Source: Squalus acanthias
Lineage: Eukaryota
Length of the DNA: 64,000 bases
Direction: 5' to 3'
Assembly: GCA_030390025.1 (NCBI GenBank)
Contig: CM059435.1
Location: 14,446,001 to 14,510,000 of the forward strand
Part shown: piece after piece, positions 44,861-57,956 of the stretch
Numbering within the stretch: the first letter of the stretch is position 1
Layout of the letters: each line of letters opens with the position of its first letter
Position numbers and translations under genes: made by a program
Notes under the pieces: generated by a model
What the model was told of the DNA's origin: nothing
Database searches by the model: none
The model's input: the letters and a program-made list of their open reading frames with translations, nothing else

Positions 44861-45829
44861 GGACACGGGAAAAGCTCAGGTTACATAGGCCTGTTTAAAT
44901 GTAATAATTAATGGAATACATATTTCCTGGTAGCAGGGAATAGGTTGGGGACAATAGTAGGAAGACCAGGGTCAAAGTCAGAGGTCCCATGGAAGGACAA
45001 GCTGACGTGAGCAGGATGGGGCCAGTACGGAGCATCGACAAACCGCTGTCCAATCCTGAACGAGTACGGAACAGCCCAATTAATAAGCGGAAGTGGAAGA
45101 ATGTTGCTGTACATGCCGAACAGCCATCGTGATGGTCTAGGAGACAAAGCATTTAGAACTTAACAGACTGAGCTTGCAAAATCCAACACAGCCACTTAAA
45201 GTACCTAGCCTAAGTATCGAGGTGGACTCTCCCCTTCCTTTGAGCGGAAAATGCACCTACACAATGATCAGAAATAGATGGCCTAAATGTCTCTACCAGA
45301 TATCAAAGGGAAACTGTAAGCAGCATTGGATTGGCAGAAGTACTCTGATGATATTTCCAGGCAAAAGACGGGCTGCCATGCAAGCAGCCCTAATCTAGAA
45401 CATATTAGTACTCCTCCCCCCCACCAAGCAAAAACATAGGACCATACAAAAATATTGCACCCCCACGAAGTAAAGACAGAAGCTACAGCAACAATTAAAC
45501 CTCAAGCTCCAATCTCCCCTCAGTGAGCAGAAAGTGGTTAAGGACAGGAAACCTAGTCCTAACTTCAACCTTCCATTCCCTGCCATGAACAGAAATTGAA
45601 TGGACCAAACCCCAAACCTCCAGAGGATTTCAGCCCCTAACGAGAAGAGATATTATGATCCTCCCCCAGCATTGAACTACCCCTGCCCCTAGTGGAGCAG
45701 AAATATCATGAACATACCCCAACAAGGCACTGATTCCACCACCCCCAACTGAGGAGCGATATTGTGCTACCTTCCCTTTCACCTCCCCCCACTCCACAAT
45801 GAGCACAGATGTGGTCTAAACAGGAGGAT

Positions 45830-48525
45830 TAGAATTTTACATTTGAGGCCGGGACTGTGGAGCAACAAAGGTCAGCAAAGTCAGGGATAATGAACAAGCG
45901 GGTGCGGGAGGGATTTATACACAGAGGAGAAATATAAATCTGAGGCACTGGGGGACCAGAAGCCAATGTAATTTGGCGAGTGGTGGAGTAATAAACGCGC
46001 GGGAGATGATGCAGGACAGGATACAGGCAGCAAAGATTTGGAAGTTTATGGAGATTTGAGTTTGGGAGTCTGGTGACCAAGGCATAGAAGGCTTTGGCAG
46101 CAACTGGGCTGAGGTGAGGTGGAAGTGGGTGATGTTGCAGAGATCCAAATAAGCAGTCTTTGTGATGGAGAGCCTATAAGGTTGGAAATTGAACAGGGCA
46201 CCAAGGTTGCAACATCTGGTTCAGCCAAAGACAGTGGCCAGGGAGGGGTTGGAGTCAGTGGTAAGAGTGTGAATTTTGGGGCAGGGACTGAAGATGATGG
46301 CATCTGTCATCCCAATGTTTAACAGGAGGAAATTACTGCTCATCTAGGACTGGATGTCAGATAAAGTAGTCTGACAGCACAGAGGCAGTACAGAGGTCAA
46401 GAGAGGTGATGGAGAGGTAGAGCTGGGTGTGATCGTTGTACATGTGAAAGCAGACTCCATATCTACAGATGTCACTGCCAAGGGGCAGCGTGTAGATGAG
46501 GAAGAGGAAGGGGCCAACCATAGTTCTTTGGGGAAAAAAAGAAAAACTTGCATTTTATATAGCATCTTTCATGACCACCGGACGTTTCAAAGCGCTTTAC
46601 AGCCAATTAAGTACTTTTGAAGTGGAGTCGCTGTTGTAATGTGGGAAACGCGGCAGCCAATTTGCGCACAGCAAGCTCCCACAAACAGCAATGTGAAAAA
46701 TGCCCAGATAATCTGCTTTTTTGTTATGTTGGTTGAGGGAGAAAAATATTGGCCAGGACACCGGGGATAACTCCCGTACTCTTCTTCAAAATAGTGCCAT
46801 GGGATCTTTTACGTCCACCTGAGAGAGCAGACGGGGCCTCAGTTTAACATCTCATCCAAAAGACGGCACCTCCGACAGTGCAGCACTCCCTCAGTACTGC
46901 AGTGGAGTGTCAGCCTAGCTTTATGTGCTCAAGTCCCTGGAGTGGGACTTGAACTCGCAACCTTCTGACTCAGAGGCGAGTGTGCTACCAACTGAGCCAC
47001 AGCTGACAAAGGAGGTGGCAGTATAGGGATGGGATGAAATCCATTGGTAGAGAGATGCTCTGACTGTGTCAAAAACTTGAGAGAGGTGAAGGAGAGGTAG
47101 TGCATCATGATCACAATCACAGAGAATATTTTTGTTGGCTCTCGTTGGGGCAGTTTCCGAAATCTGATTTGAGATTCAAACAGGGAGTTGTAGGTGAAAT
47201 GGGCATGAACTGGAAAACAACAGCATGTTCAAGGAGTTTTGAAAGAAACAGGAGATTGGAAATTGGATGGCAGTTAGCGATGATAGAGGTGTCAAAGGTG
47301 AGTAATTTTGAAAGGGGTGAAGATGGCTGATGATGCTTTGAAAGGGAGGAGGAAAAGTGCCCGAGGAGAGGGAACCACTTACACTATCAGCCAGAACGTG
47401 AGCCAGCAAGGGTAGATGAATATTTAGGAGTTTAGTGAGAATAGTGTTAAAAGGAGCAGGGAGGTAGGTTTCATGGATGAAAGGAGCTTGGAAAAGACAG
47501 GAGGAGGGATATGGGAGAGAAAGAGGTCCAGGGCAACAGGGGGAGGTTGGCTTGGTGGGCAAGGGAAAGCAGCAGAGGCAGCTGAATGGATCGTCTCTAT
47601 TTGGGTGACAAAGAAATCCCCAAGTTCCTTCCACTTGTTAAAAGACAAAGGAGGCAAGGAAAAGGGGTCAGAGGAGGCGAATGGTAGTAGAAAAAAGGAG
47701 CCTAGCCTTTGGCTTTCCAGGGTGGTCCTAGCTAAACCAATTGTGCACCACGTATTCTCAAGCTCGTCTCCCTTGGACTTGAGGAAGCAAAGATGGAGGC
47801 CATACCAGGGTAACAACAGGAATGAGAAGATTTTGCTGGAGATGAGGACTTTGAAGGTGCTGAGCAAATCTGTAACTGCAGGGGGTATTATGGTGGATAG
47901 ACAGCTGGGAGTATCAAGATTGCAGTAGTAAATAACGTGAAGTTTTTTTGCTAGGGATAATTGCCGAAGGAAGTGGAGCTGAAAGAGGGTAGAGATGTGT
48001 TGGTGACCGATACAAAGAAGTGGCCAGATAGTTTTGTCAGTGATTAAGACCAGGGGAGTAGACAGGCCACAAGACATGGCAAGGTCGAGAAGCTGGCTAT
48101 GGGTAGGAGAATCTATATGGAAGAGAGGTTTAGGGAGCACAAGAAGGTAGTGAACTCTTGAGAAGAGAGAGGGCAAGGGAATCCGAGATGGAGACTGAAA
48201 TTATCAAGTAATTGCTCGGTGCAGAAGGAAGAAAGAAGGGAGGATATCTCGGAGAAATTTATGGTGGGGCTTGGGGGACAGCACACAATGAAGATTTGAG
48301 AGAGTCAAGAGAGGGGGAAGTGGGCAAGGTGCTCAGAGGAGTAGATGCATAAGGAGTAGGGGAAAGAGGCCAAGGTGACTTGGTGATAAGGCCCCATTGC
48401 CACTGTGGCGGTTTGGGTAGGGCAGGTGGTGCAAAGTACAGCCAGGCAGGGGGCCTTCGGTAAGGGGCAAGGGTGTCAATACCAGTGAGCCAAATTTATT
48501 TCAAAGCCGGGATGTCCATATAATC
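45830..48525 (-). mobile_element. Second, older L2 LINE remnant interrupted by a SINE
   Basis: Colinear, diverged similarity to the 41.4-44.3 kb element (e.g. PTHSQLLDLAMS, FFVTQIETIHSAA). Confidence 0.8.
46533..47007 (-). mobile_element. Full-length DeuSINE (SacSINE1-like) nested in L2
   Basis: Head gtcagctgtggctcagttggtagc...gagttcaagtcc, Deu domain, L2-like tail. Confidence 0.9.
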
Positions 48526-49756
48526 AGCAACTCCCCCATAACCGCTTCCCTAATCACTATTATTGAACACCACATATTTACTTTCAATCTGCTACATGTT
48601 GCTTACCATCTCACTTTATACCCTATGCTTAAGCAAGCTAAAAGGTAAATATAAATTCACAGGTAAAAGAACATAAACAAATCAAGTGCACTCAGTTAGT
48701 TTTCGTGCAAATGCAGACAGAATCCCAGAATTCAATGCCCTAAAAATTAGCAAAATTTCCATAATATTATGCAATAAACAGAGAATTTAATTTATTCTTT
48801 ACTATTTAAACAACCTTACTCAAGCATGGGGCACCACCTCCAGAAGGGGAGAAAATGTGGGCGAGAAGGGAGTGGGTAGGAACATTCTGCTGTGGAGATG
48901 AGTGGCCACTGTATAAGATTTCAACCACAGAATTGAGGGCTCATTAAATTGCTACGTAATATTCCATTAAAGAAACTTCAGGGCTTCTGTATTATGCTGC
49001 TTCATTTTCTTCAGGGAATAGAATGAATGAATCGCTTTCTCCAATGTGTACAATCCTCAAACATCTATACAAGCACTCTTCAGATTATGAGAAAAACCAC
49101 TATTCCTCCAAGGAGGGGAGTTTACTCTCAAATTAAAGTTCTACTGCAGCCTTTGCTTTTTTTAGTATTATAAATGGAAACAAACTACAAACTGCACATA
49201 CAGCCTGCAATTCAACCTCTTAAGCCATTGGAAATTCACTTTCCTGTAGTCTTGGAAGCATGACAGGTCCTCAGTAACACTTTCTACAGCAGCAAATATA
49301 AAGTGGTTGCAGGCTTCATCATTGAATGTTTTATCTATAATCTACGCAGTAACTTAAAGTCTATTTCCCTGGTCAGTACATACATAGAAACAGTCAAGGG
49401 ATGCAGGGAATTAATTTATGTAATAAAGCTGCTGAATAGCAATTATGCCAGCAAATATGCATATCTATAAAGATCCTTGGGAGTTGCAGTTTTACACTTT
49501 ATCGGTGTTATTTTAGGCACATGCAGAGTAGGTACAGACAATTAAAAATATATTTTGCTAATTCATAGCTCTTTTTATGCCACTAGTGGCATAAAACCAA
49601 AAAATATATAGTGCAAGGAACAATATTCATGAAATTGAATGACAGGAGCCAACCCTGAATAATTTTGTCTATTCTACTGCTCCACAAGTATTCTGTTATT
49701 AGACTATATGGTGGCAATACAAAATACCATTAATCAACCGTACATTATTTTCTTTA

Positions 49757-50280
49757 CAACAACTCGCATTTATATAATGCCTTTAGCACAGGAAAACGTA
49801 CCATGGCACTTCACAAGCATAATCAGACAAGAACTGACACCAAGCTAAAAATGGAGATATTAGGTTGGGTGACTAAAAGCTTGGTTAATGAGATAGGTTT
49901 TAAGGAGTAAATTCCAGAGCTTATGGGATGCCACTGATGGAACAAAGGAATTGGTGATGCCGAAGAGGACAGAGCTGGAGAAACAGTTTTTGGAGGGCTG
50001 GAGGAGGCTGGCAAGGAGATCATTGGAATAGTCTAGTCTGGAGGTCACAAAAGCATGAATGAGGGTTTCAACAGCATATAAGCTGAGGCGGGCGATGTTA
50101 CGCAGATGGAAGTAGGCGATCTTTGTGATGGAGAGGATATGGGGTCAGAAGCTCAGCTCAGGGTCAAATAGGATGGTGAGTTTGCGAGCAGTTTAGTTCA
50201 GCCTGAGACAGTGGCCAGGGAGGGAGATGGAGAGGGAACAGAGTTTGTGGTAGGGGCCGAAAACAATGGCTTCGGTCTTA
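49757..50280 (-). mobile_element. L2 3' fragment with internal deletions
   Basis: [12 protein letters not shown]; tail acaacaactcgcatttatata. Confidence 0.75.
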
Positions 50281-52299
50281 ATATCTAATTCACCTGTTTT
50301 GGATCAACAAAGCTCCTAATCTGAGCTATTGTTTTCCCAACCAAAACTGTACATCAGTTAAATCCAAACAGCAACTAAAGAAGGAGTGGGTAGCTACTCC
50401 AAACAAACCTAATTATTATTATTTCTTAATATTCAGGCTGAATGTGTCAAACTTCATATAAATGTGAAAACTAGCATTTAGCTCAATACCCATATGACAG
50501 TTGGATAAACTGCTCCAAGGATACACCAAGCCCCTCCACAAAATGATTGAAGAATAGATTATTATTTTACTTGTTCATCTGCAAGGAAAATGGCCCCAAA
50601 TGTTACTAGTATTAGTCACCATATACCTCAGCTTCAATCTGTAAACACCTGGGTGACCCTGCAACTTCTCGCAATAGTGCCTTCAGTCATCATGCGTCAT
50701 ATCTGAAAAGCAATGAGAGACATTAAACTCTTCACTAAACATGGAGCCAACGTTACCTCATTCGTGAGCCTCTGCTATCTGTACACATGGATATACATTG
50801 TTGGATCACATCTTCTTCCAAACACTGAAAGAAACAGCTAGCCCTATCTATTTCAACAGAAGTATTTGAGGGAATAAATGAAACAAGACTTCAATCCAAC
50901 ACGTTCACTCCCTATATTAGCAGTAACTTCTTGTGCATCATAGCACGAGGCAGTGCCTTTCCATGTTTCAACTTGCTCCTCCTCGTTGAATAATCTACTT
51001 TTGGCACAAAGAGGTGGGGTACTGCCAATTAACATTTCTGTTGGGCAACTACATCACAACGCTGGATGTTATCCTCACCAATCACTGTCAAACCCTGCAA
51101 CTACTGAAGAGATAACCAAAGACTGAGGTCGAAATTTCTTTTCAGTTTTTGATTCAGGAGTGGAAGATTTCACTTTGAATTCTACTCATTTAATCCTGTA
51201 CAAAAGAATCTCCCGAAACTAGTTCTTTTTTAAATCTATGTTAAGTAGCTGCCTAATATACACATGGAGTGATGCAGTAACCAGAGTTTCACATTTGATA
51301 GCTTCCTGATCTCAATTGGGCCACTGATAGATACTTTTGCATAATTAGGGGGAAATTTTAAGGTAAAATGATCAATTTTACTCATCCACAACCGTGTTAA
51401 AAAGTTACCCAAAAGAATTTCAATCATAGCTTTGCAGCGACTGTTTCTCTATCAGTGCAAGACACTAGTTAAAGGCGAGAGAGATTCATGTTCGAAAGCA
51501 ACTTTTCTGCCAAGTGATAATAAAAATTGTTGTGAACTTTTGCACCTTTTTTTTTGGCAGGGCTAGGGGTAGACATCTTCAATTTAATGTGATGAAAAAC
51601 AGTTCCAAGGACAAAGAGACACTCAATGCAACATTTATTAACGGTTCTTACAGTAATTCAGTTGGAAGCTAAAATGGGATAGCTGTATAGTATATATTCC
51701 AGCAGCTCTATCACTGTGTGCAAAACATGGGAACATGAGGGAGTAGGATTACTGTAGTTTGCCGCAAGCAACATGAGTTTCATCATATATAGACTCACCA
51801 TTGACCTATTTTCAAACAGAAAAAGAAAATTCAAGTTGAAATCTCTCTACTGCTATCTCATCCGATAGACAAAACATTGTTCCATATTTTTGAAAAAATA
51901 TTGCAACAGGCCAAGGTCATTCCAAAAAAGAAAGATCTGTTTTGAGTCCTAATGCACTATGGGACCAAATAGCTAACTGGCAGAGTGGAAATCGTGGTGT
52001 GTCGGACATTTGAATAAAATAGACAGGCCCCTGTGCCAGTATAGAACACCTTGGGCACCTGCTAAATTTGGAGGAAAGCGGGAAGAGAGCAAAATACGGC
52101 ACTTGAAGAAGGACACGTGGAGTTGCTGGAATCTGTAAAATCAGACCCCTTTATGAGAGGGTCAATTTACATTGCACAAACAGTAATCTTGTGGCATGTT
52201 CCATCAAGTGAATCTGGCCAGGAACTTCTCTGTTACACCTGTATTTTGCCAGCATCCAGTGCAACTGGGATAGATGAGGTGGGAACAGCAGAATGCGTC

Positions 52300-52912
52300 A
52301 ATGCAGGTCAGAGGCTAGGTATTCTGCGGCGAGTGTCTCACCTCCTGACTCCCCAAAAAGCCTTTCCACCATCTACAAGGCACAAGTCAGGAGTGTGATG
52401 GAATACTCTCTACTTGCCTGGATGAGTGCAGCTCCAACAACACTCAAGAAGCTTGACACCATCCAGGACAAAGCAGCCCCCTTGATTGGCACCCCATCCA
52501 CCACCTTAAACATTCACTCCCTCCACCACCGACGTACCGTGGCTGCAGTGTGTACCATTTACAAGATGCACTGCAGCAACTTGCCAAGGCTTCTGCGGCA
52601 GCACCTCCCAAACCCGCGACCTCTTCCACCTAGAAGGACAAGGGCAGCAGGAGCATGGGAACACCACCACCTCCAAGTTGTCCGCCAAGTCACACATCAT
52701 CCTGACTTGGAAGTATATTGCTGTTCCTTCATCGTCGCTGGGTCAAAATCCTGGAACTCCCTCCCTAACAGCACTGTGGGTGTACCTTCACCACACGGAC
52801 TGCAGTGGTTCAAGAAGGCGGCTCACCACTGCCTTCTCGAGGGCAATTAGGGATGGGCAATAAATGCTGGCCTTGCAAGCGACGCTCAGATCCCATGAAA
52901 GAATTAAAAAAT
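52300..52912 (+). mobile_element. CR1-superclade LINE 3' fragment, second family
   Basis: IYKAQVRSVMEYSLLAW...LDTIQDKA...LHHRRTVAA...KSWNSLP; AATAAA and an A-rich tail. Confidence 0.8.
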
Positions 52913-53624
52913 AATGACGGCATCCCATTGCCTCCATCTTCTTTTGGAACACCAGGCTTCTAAGGGTGAACGGGACCCACCCTTGTTCCCACAGGAAACT
53001 GGCATGACCTGGTCTTCAGAGGGGAGACCCAGCGTTACTGGCTCCCACCCCATTTTCTGTCCCATCACACTCGCCCCCAAACGCCATGCTTCAACTGCAA
53101 GATATCCACCCTAGGTACACTGCTCGATCTGAGAAAATTCAGTGTCAATACCCATTACAAATTTACATTGCCAATAAACACGGCATTCTATCTTAATAAT
53201 CTTCTCAGATCTCCTCCTCTTCCACCACAGATGCCTTCCTTTACCCTGAATTGCCAGCTGATACATCAAAATATCAATCTGTGTTTTTTAGTCAGACATT
53301 TTACCTCAAAACGATCAACAGCCTAATGTTCTTTCTTTAAACTTCTTATTCCCATTAGTATTAAGCTAGTAATCGCATTTCTCATAACTAAGGCCCTGAA
53401 ATTAGGCTATGAGATAATAGTCACTGATGCTTAATGCATTCATTTTAAACTGGTTAATGCCATCGTTAAAATAGTGATGGGAGGCCAATGTATTCTGCTT
53501 TTTGATTTAAATAGGTCAATACATAAACCTCCATCAGAATCCTTTTAGCATCAGAAGAGAACAAACAATTCTTTCTTCATCCTTCATTCAAAGTCATTAT
53601 ATGTACAAAACAGTTTGTCATTCA

Positions 53625-54455
53625 ACAGCTAGATGAATGGGTAAAACTATGGCAGATGGAGATCAGTGAGTGGAAGTGCAAGGCCATCCACTTTGGATCG
53701 GAGAAAGACAAATCGGAATATTTTCTTAGTGGTGAGAGACTAGGAGATGTAGAGGATTAAAGGGAATTCGGTGCCTATGTACACAAATCATTAAAGCTAC
53801 TACACAGGTACAAAAATAATCAAAACAGGCTAACGGAATGTTGGCCTTTATCTCAAGGGGGTTGGAGTTCAAAAGTGAGGAAGGGATGCTTCCATTGTAC
53901 AAAGCTTTGGTCAGACCCCACCTGGAGTACTGCGTTGAGTTTTGGGCACCAAACCTCAGCAAAGATATATTGACATTGGAAAGGGTACAGCGCAGATTCA
54001 CCAGAATAGCAGGCCTTAAAGGGTTAAATTGTGAGGACAGGTTGCACAAACTTAGCTTGCGTTCCTGTGAATTTAGAAGGTTTGAGGGGTGATCTAAATC
54101 GAGGCATTTAAAATGATTAAAGGATTCAACAAGGTAGATACAGATAAACTATTTCCTTGGGTGGGAGAGTCCAGAACAAGAGGGCATAATCTTAAAATTA
54201 TAGCAGAGCCATTTAGGAGTGAAAATCAGGAAGCACTTCTTCACACAAAGGGTAGAGCAAAAATTGGGAACTCTTCCCCTAAAGGCTGTAGATGCTGGGT
54301 CAATTAACATTTTCGCGACTGAGATTTTTGTTTGGTAAGGGTATCAAGGGATATGGAACAACGGCGGGTAAATGGAGTCGAGATACAGATCAGCCATGAT
54401 CTAATTGAATGGCGGAACAAGCATGAGGGGCTGAATGGCCTACTCCTGTTTCTAT
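53625..54455 (+). mobile_element. CR1 LINE 3' fragment
   Basis: MLAFISRGLEFKSEEGMLPLYKALVRPHLEYCVEFWAP. Confidence 0.85.
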
Positions 54456-55399
54456 AATTTACTTTAAGCTAGCAATACTGCACTTAAAAGCTATTCAACA
54501 TTTTTCCTTATTCTTCTCATTTTAGAACTCATGTGTCCAGTACCAGTTTAGTGTCAAAATCAACCAGTAAATGCAATCATTTTCCTCAAACATTGAAAGA
54601 CAAGGCATGTTCCAACAAGACTGCTTACTCACTTAATTTACTTCAATAAACCTGCTATTTTATATTTGAAAAAGAACTTGAATTATTTTTATTACCTCAG
54701 ACAGCAAGTCCAGAAAAATGACAGTCTCACTGGGTAAACTAATTTTGTTAATTTTAAAAAGTACCAAGGAGAAATGAGGAACCAGCAGAAAACAGAGCAA
54801 TCAAGACATTTTTTTCCTCAGAAGATACCATTCACAAATCAACAAGTACCATAAAACCTGCCAAATTGCTCAAATAATTTCTACACATTTTTTGGCTACC
54901 ATTTTCCTTCTTCACTAGTCAATGTATACAGCTAATACTAACATTTATAACATAATGCACGTAGATTATACAATTCTTGGTTATTTAATGTTAACAATGA
55001 AGTTTTCTCCTACACAGGCCTGTCATGCTGTCTTGAGCTAGAAATTTCACTTGGGCAGTGGGTACTGAGGATTTCCAGATCTCTGACAAATCCCGTGCGA
55101 GATTGTGGCAGTAAGTGACAGATGCACCATGGGACCTGGCTTTCACTCTGCGTGTGTATTCAGAGTGAACCCTGACAACCTGTGTCACAACCAGGCAGAA
55201 AATTTACAAACCGAGGCGTAAGCCATGGAGAATAAAAGAAAAAAAAGTAAAATATTTTATCCCCTCAACATTTTATATAATTTAAATCATTGAATAAGGA
55301 TTGAGATAACCGTGTGGTTTGGGATGAGGTTTTCGCTGCATTAACCTGATGTTCACACGGTGATGAAAGGAGGATGCTGAACTACAAATCCACTGTGGG

Positions 55400-56480
55400 A
55401 AGTAAGAAAAAAATCTATTCCACCCCACCATCTCCACTCTTACCAACGCCAAGCTCATCTCTTCCATGAAACCCATCTCCTTCCCCTTTAAGAACCTCTC
55501 CACTCAATTCCCCACGGGCTCCCATGCTAGCTGTTATCAGCCTCAGGGACTGGCTCTCTCCTTTTCAAAATCTCCATCACCACACCCCCCCTTTAAAAAA
55601 AAACATCCTCATCCCAACAGTCCCCTCTAGCTACTGCTCCATCTCTAGACTCCCATTCCTCTCTCAGATCTTTGACCGTGTTATCAGCTCCCAGGTCCAT
55701 GCCATTCTCATCTGAACCCTTCAATCCAGCTTCTGCCCTCCCAATAACCCCACAACGCCCCTAGTCACAAATGATATTCTCTGTGACTGCGACGCCTTAT
55801 CCTGCCTTGTCCTCCTTGACCTCTCCACAGACTGTGACATGGTTGACAAATGCCATACTCCGCCACCATGTGTGCTGTCCAGCTCTGTGAGGCTGCCTTT
55901 GCATGGTTCCATTCCTACCCATCTGAAACCAGCCAGCAATTCCCCAGTACCGGCTTCTCTTCCCTCCCAGGCATCTTGGGAGCCCCAAAGAATCTATCCT
56001 TGGCCTCCTTTATTTATATACACATGCTGCTCCTCAGTGGCATTATTCATCACTACTGAGTCAATTTCCATAAATATGTTGATGACACACAACTCTACCT
56101 GTTGACCACTTTCATGAACCCCTCAACAACCTTTGTGCTGTCAGGCTGCTTATCCAAATTCATGTCATGGATAAGCCACAACTTTCACCAGCTCAACACT
56201 TGGAAGACTGAAGCCATCACTCTTGGCTCCCGTAACAAACTTGCTCCTTTGCTGTTAATTCCGTCTCCCTCCCCATCCAATTATTCAAGTTGAACCAGGC
56301 TGCGTACAAGCTCACTGTCCTACGTGACCCTAAAGTAAGCTTCTAAAAACTCTCTCAAAACCCATCTTTGCGACCAAGCTTTTAGTCACCCATCCTAATT
56401 TCTCATTTCCTAGCTATGTGTCCGTTTCAACATTTTGTGAAATGTTGGATTTTTTTCCACATGTGCTATAAAAGTGCATA
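55400..56480 (+). mobile_element. Heavily degraded L2 RT fragment
   Basis: Diverged reverse-complement similarity to 41500-43000 (gtcctccttgacctctc, gatgacacacaactctac). Confidence 0.65.
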
Positions 56481-57802
56481 CTGTTGTGGTTGATTATGTA
56501 TATAAGCAAGAAGGAGGAAGATTTTGGGGGAGCGCGCAGGGGTGAACAAATCCACAGTCATAGGATGAGCAAACAAGTAATTTTAGAATGTAATAAATAA
56601 CTCTGGGTAAGAGGGGGGGGGGGGGGGAAAGAGGGGAGAACAAAGTTACGTGCATCTTAAGTAAAGTTTTGTAAAGTGGCAGGCAAATAGTATTACTAAA
56701 ACTGTTTCTCTGACAACTGCACCTTTCAGCCTCAGTCTCTTGTGTAATTTATTTTTAATTTGTACACGTGTTAAAATCATCCGATCTTTTGTAAACAAAG
56801 TGTATTACGCACCTGGGGGAGGGAGTGGGGACATGTTTGTTCTTCTATTTGAAAAGAGACTGTAAAATATTTAAAGTGCCCCCATTTTTGAAAAAGATTT
56901 CCATGCAAAACCAGGTGATGATTAACAACCAGCAGCCCTGAAATAAATCACTGTTTCGGATTGTGTTCTTGGATCAAAAATTAGAGTGTGTTCTGATAAT
57001 ACAGAATGAGGAGTGAATTACACTTTTACAGTTGATACTGACAGACCTGTGACATTAATCCAAATGACAAACATCAATTATAAGATTATAGGAGTCAGTA
57101 TACAACGCCTCTAAATAAAACAGTGAGATTACATGCTTTTCCATACAGAAATCATTCATCGTTATGTTTGGATGACAAAAAGGAATTCAAAATACAGATC
57201 CGCAATAATCAATGAAACAGGCAAATCTATTATACAATTAGTGAAATACTTAATTTCCAAGTGAAATTTAAGAAAAGCAAAAAAAAGTTTAGATTGTGCT
57301 ACCACTCTTGGATGGCTGATGCAGTGAATATCCAGTATAGTATTAACATTGGGATTGCTCCTGCACCAAAGGCAAAATCGAATTCACATTAAAGTTACTG
57401 AAAGCATACCATCGACTGAAAGAATTACCGACTATACACCATGACAGGATAATCTAATAATTCCACCAGCAAAGAAAGGGAAGAATTGTCCTTCCCAATA
57501 AATATGACCATAGTGCCTGCTGCAACATGACCTAAACGATGGCTTTCACGGAGAGCTGCCAATCAACCCAATAGGCACAGCATGGAATATATTGTAGTTT
57601 AATTAACTGGCAGAAATCAGGAAAACCATCAATAAAGGCACAATGATAAAGACTGCCAGCAGGTTCCACTACCCACATCATTATTTTCTGCTACTTGTGC
57701 ACGTACAAGATAGGAAAATTGGACTTGAGAATAAAGAGTAAAAACTGACAATTACCAGGGCTGTTTGTGTATGTACCACAGAGATGTGAATGGGAGTCTT
57801 AC

Positions 57803-57956
57803 CTTAGCAGCTCTGGCACTGGCAGCCACCACTCTCCATTGCTGCTACGCTATTTGTCTGGGTGCCCATCACTAGGAAAGAGCACCTCTTTTTGCTGCTG
57901 ACCTCCTCCAGCAGCACCTCCACAGCATCATCTGAAAATGCGGGGGCGGGGGGCCC
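57803..57956 (-). pseudogene. Remnant of a PIF/Harbinger Myb/SANT-like (NAIF1-type) gene
   Basis: APAFSDDAVEVLLEEVSSK-(frameshift)-EVLFPSDG...RAAK|gtaag. Confidence 0.5.

Noticed and set aside
45410-45815. CRISPR array
   Set aside because: Eukaryotic intron, highly degenerate repeats, no cas genes.
46935-47007. tRNA gene
   Set aside because: The A/B boxes belong to a SINE head continuous with a Deu domain; the same applies at 41010-41080 and about 58590-58655.
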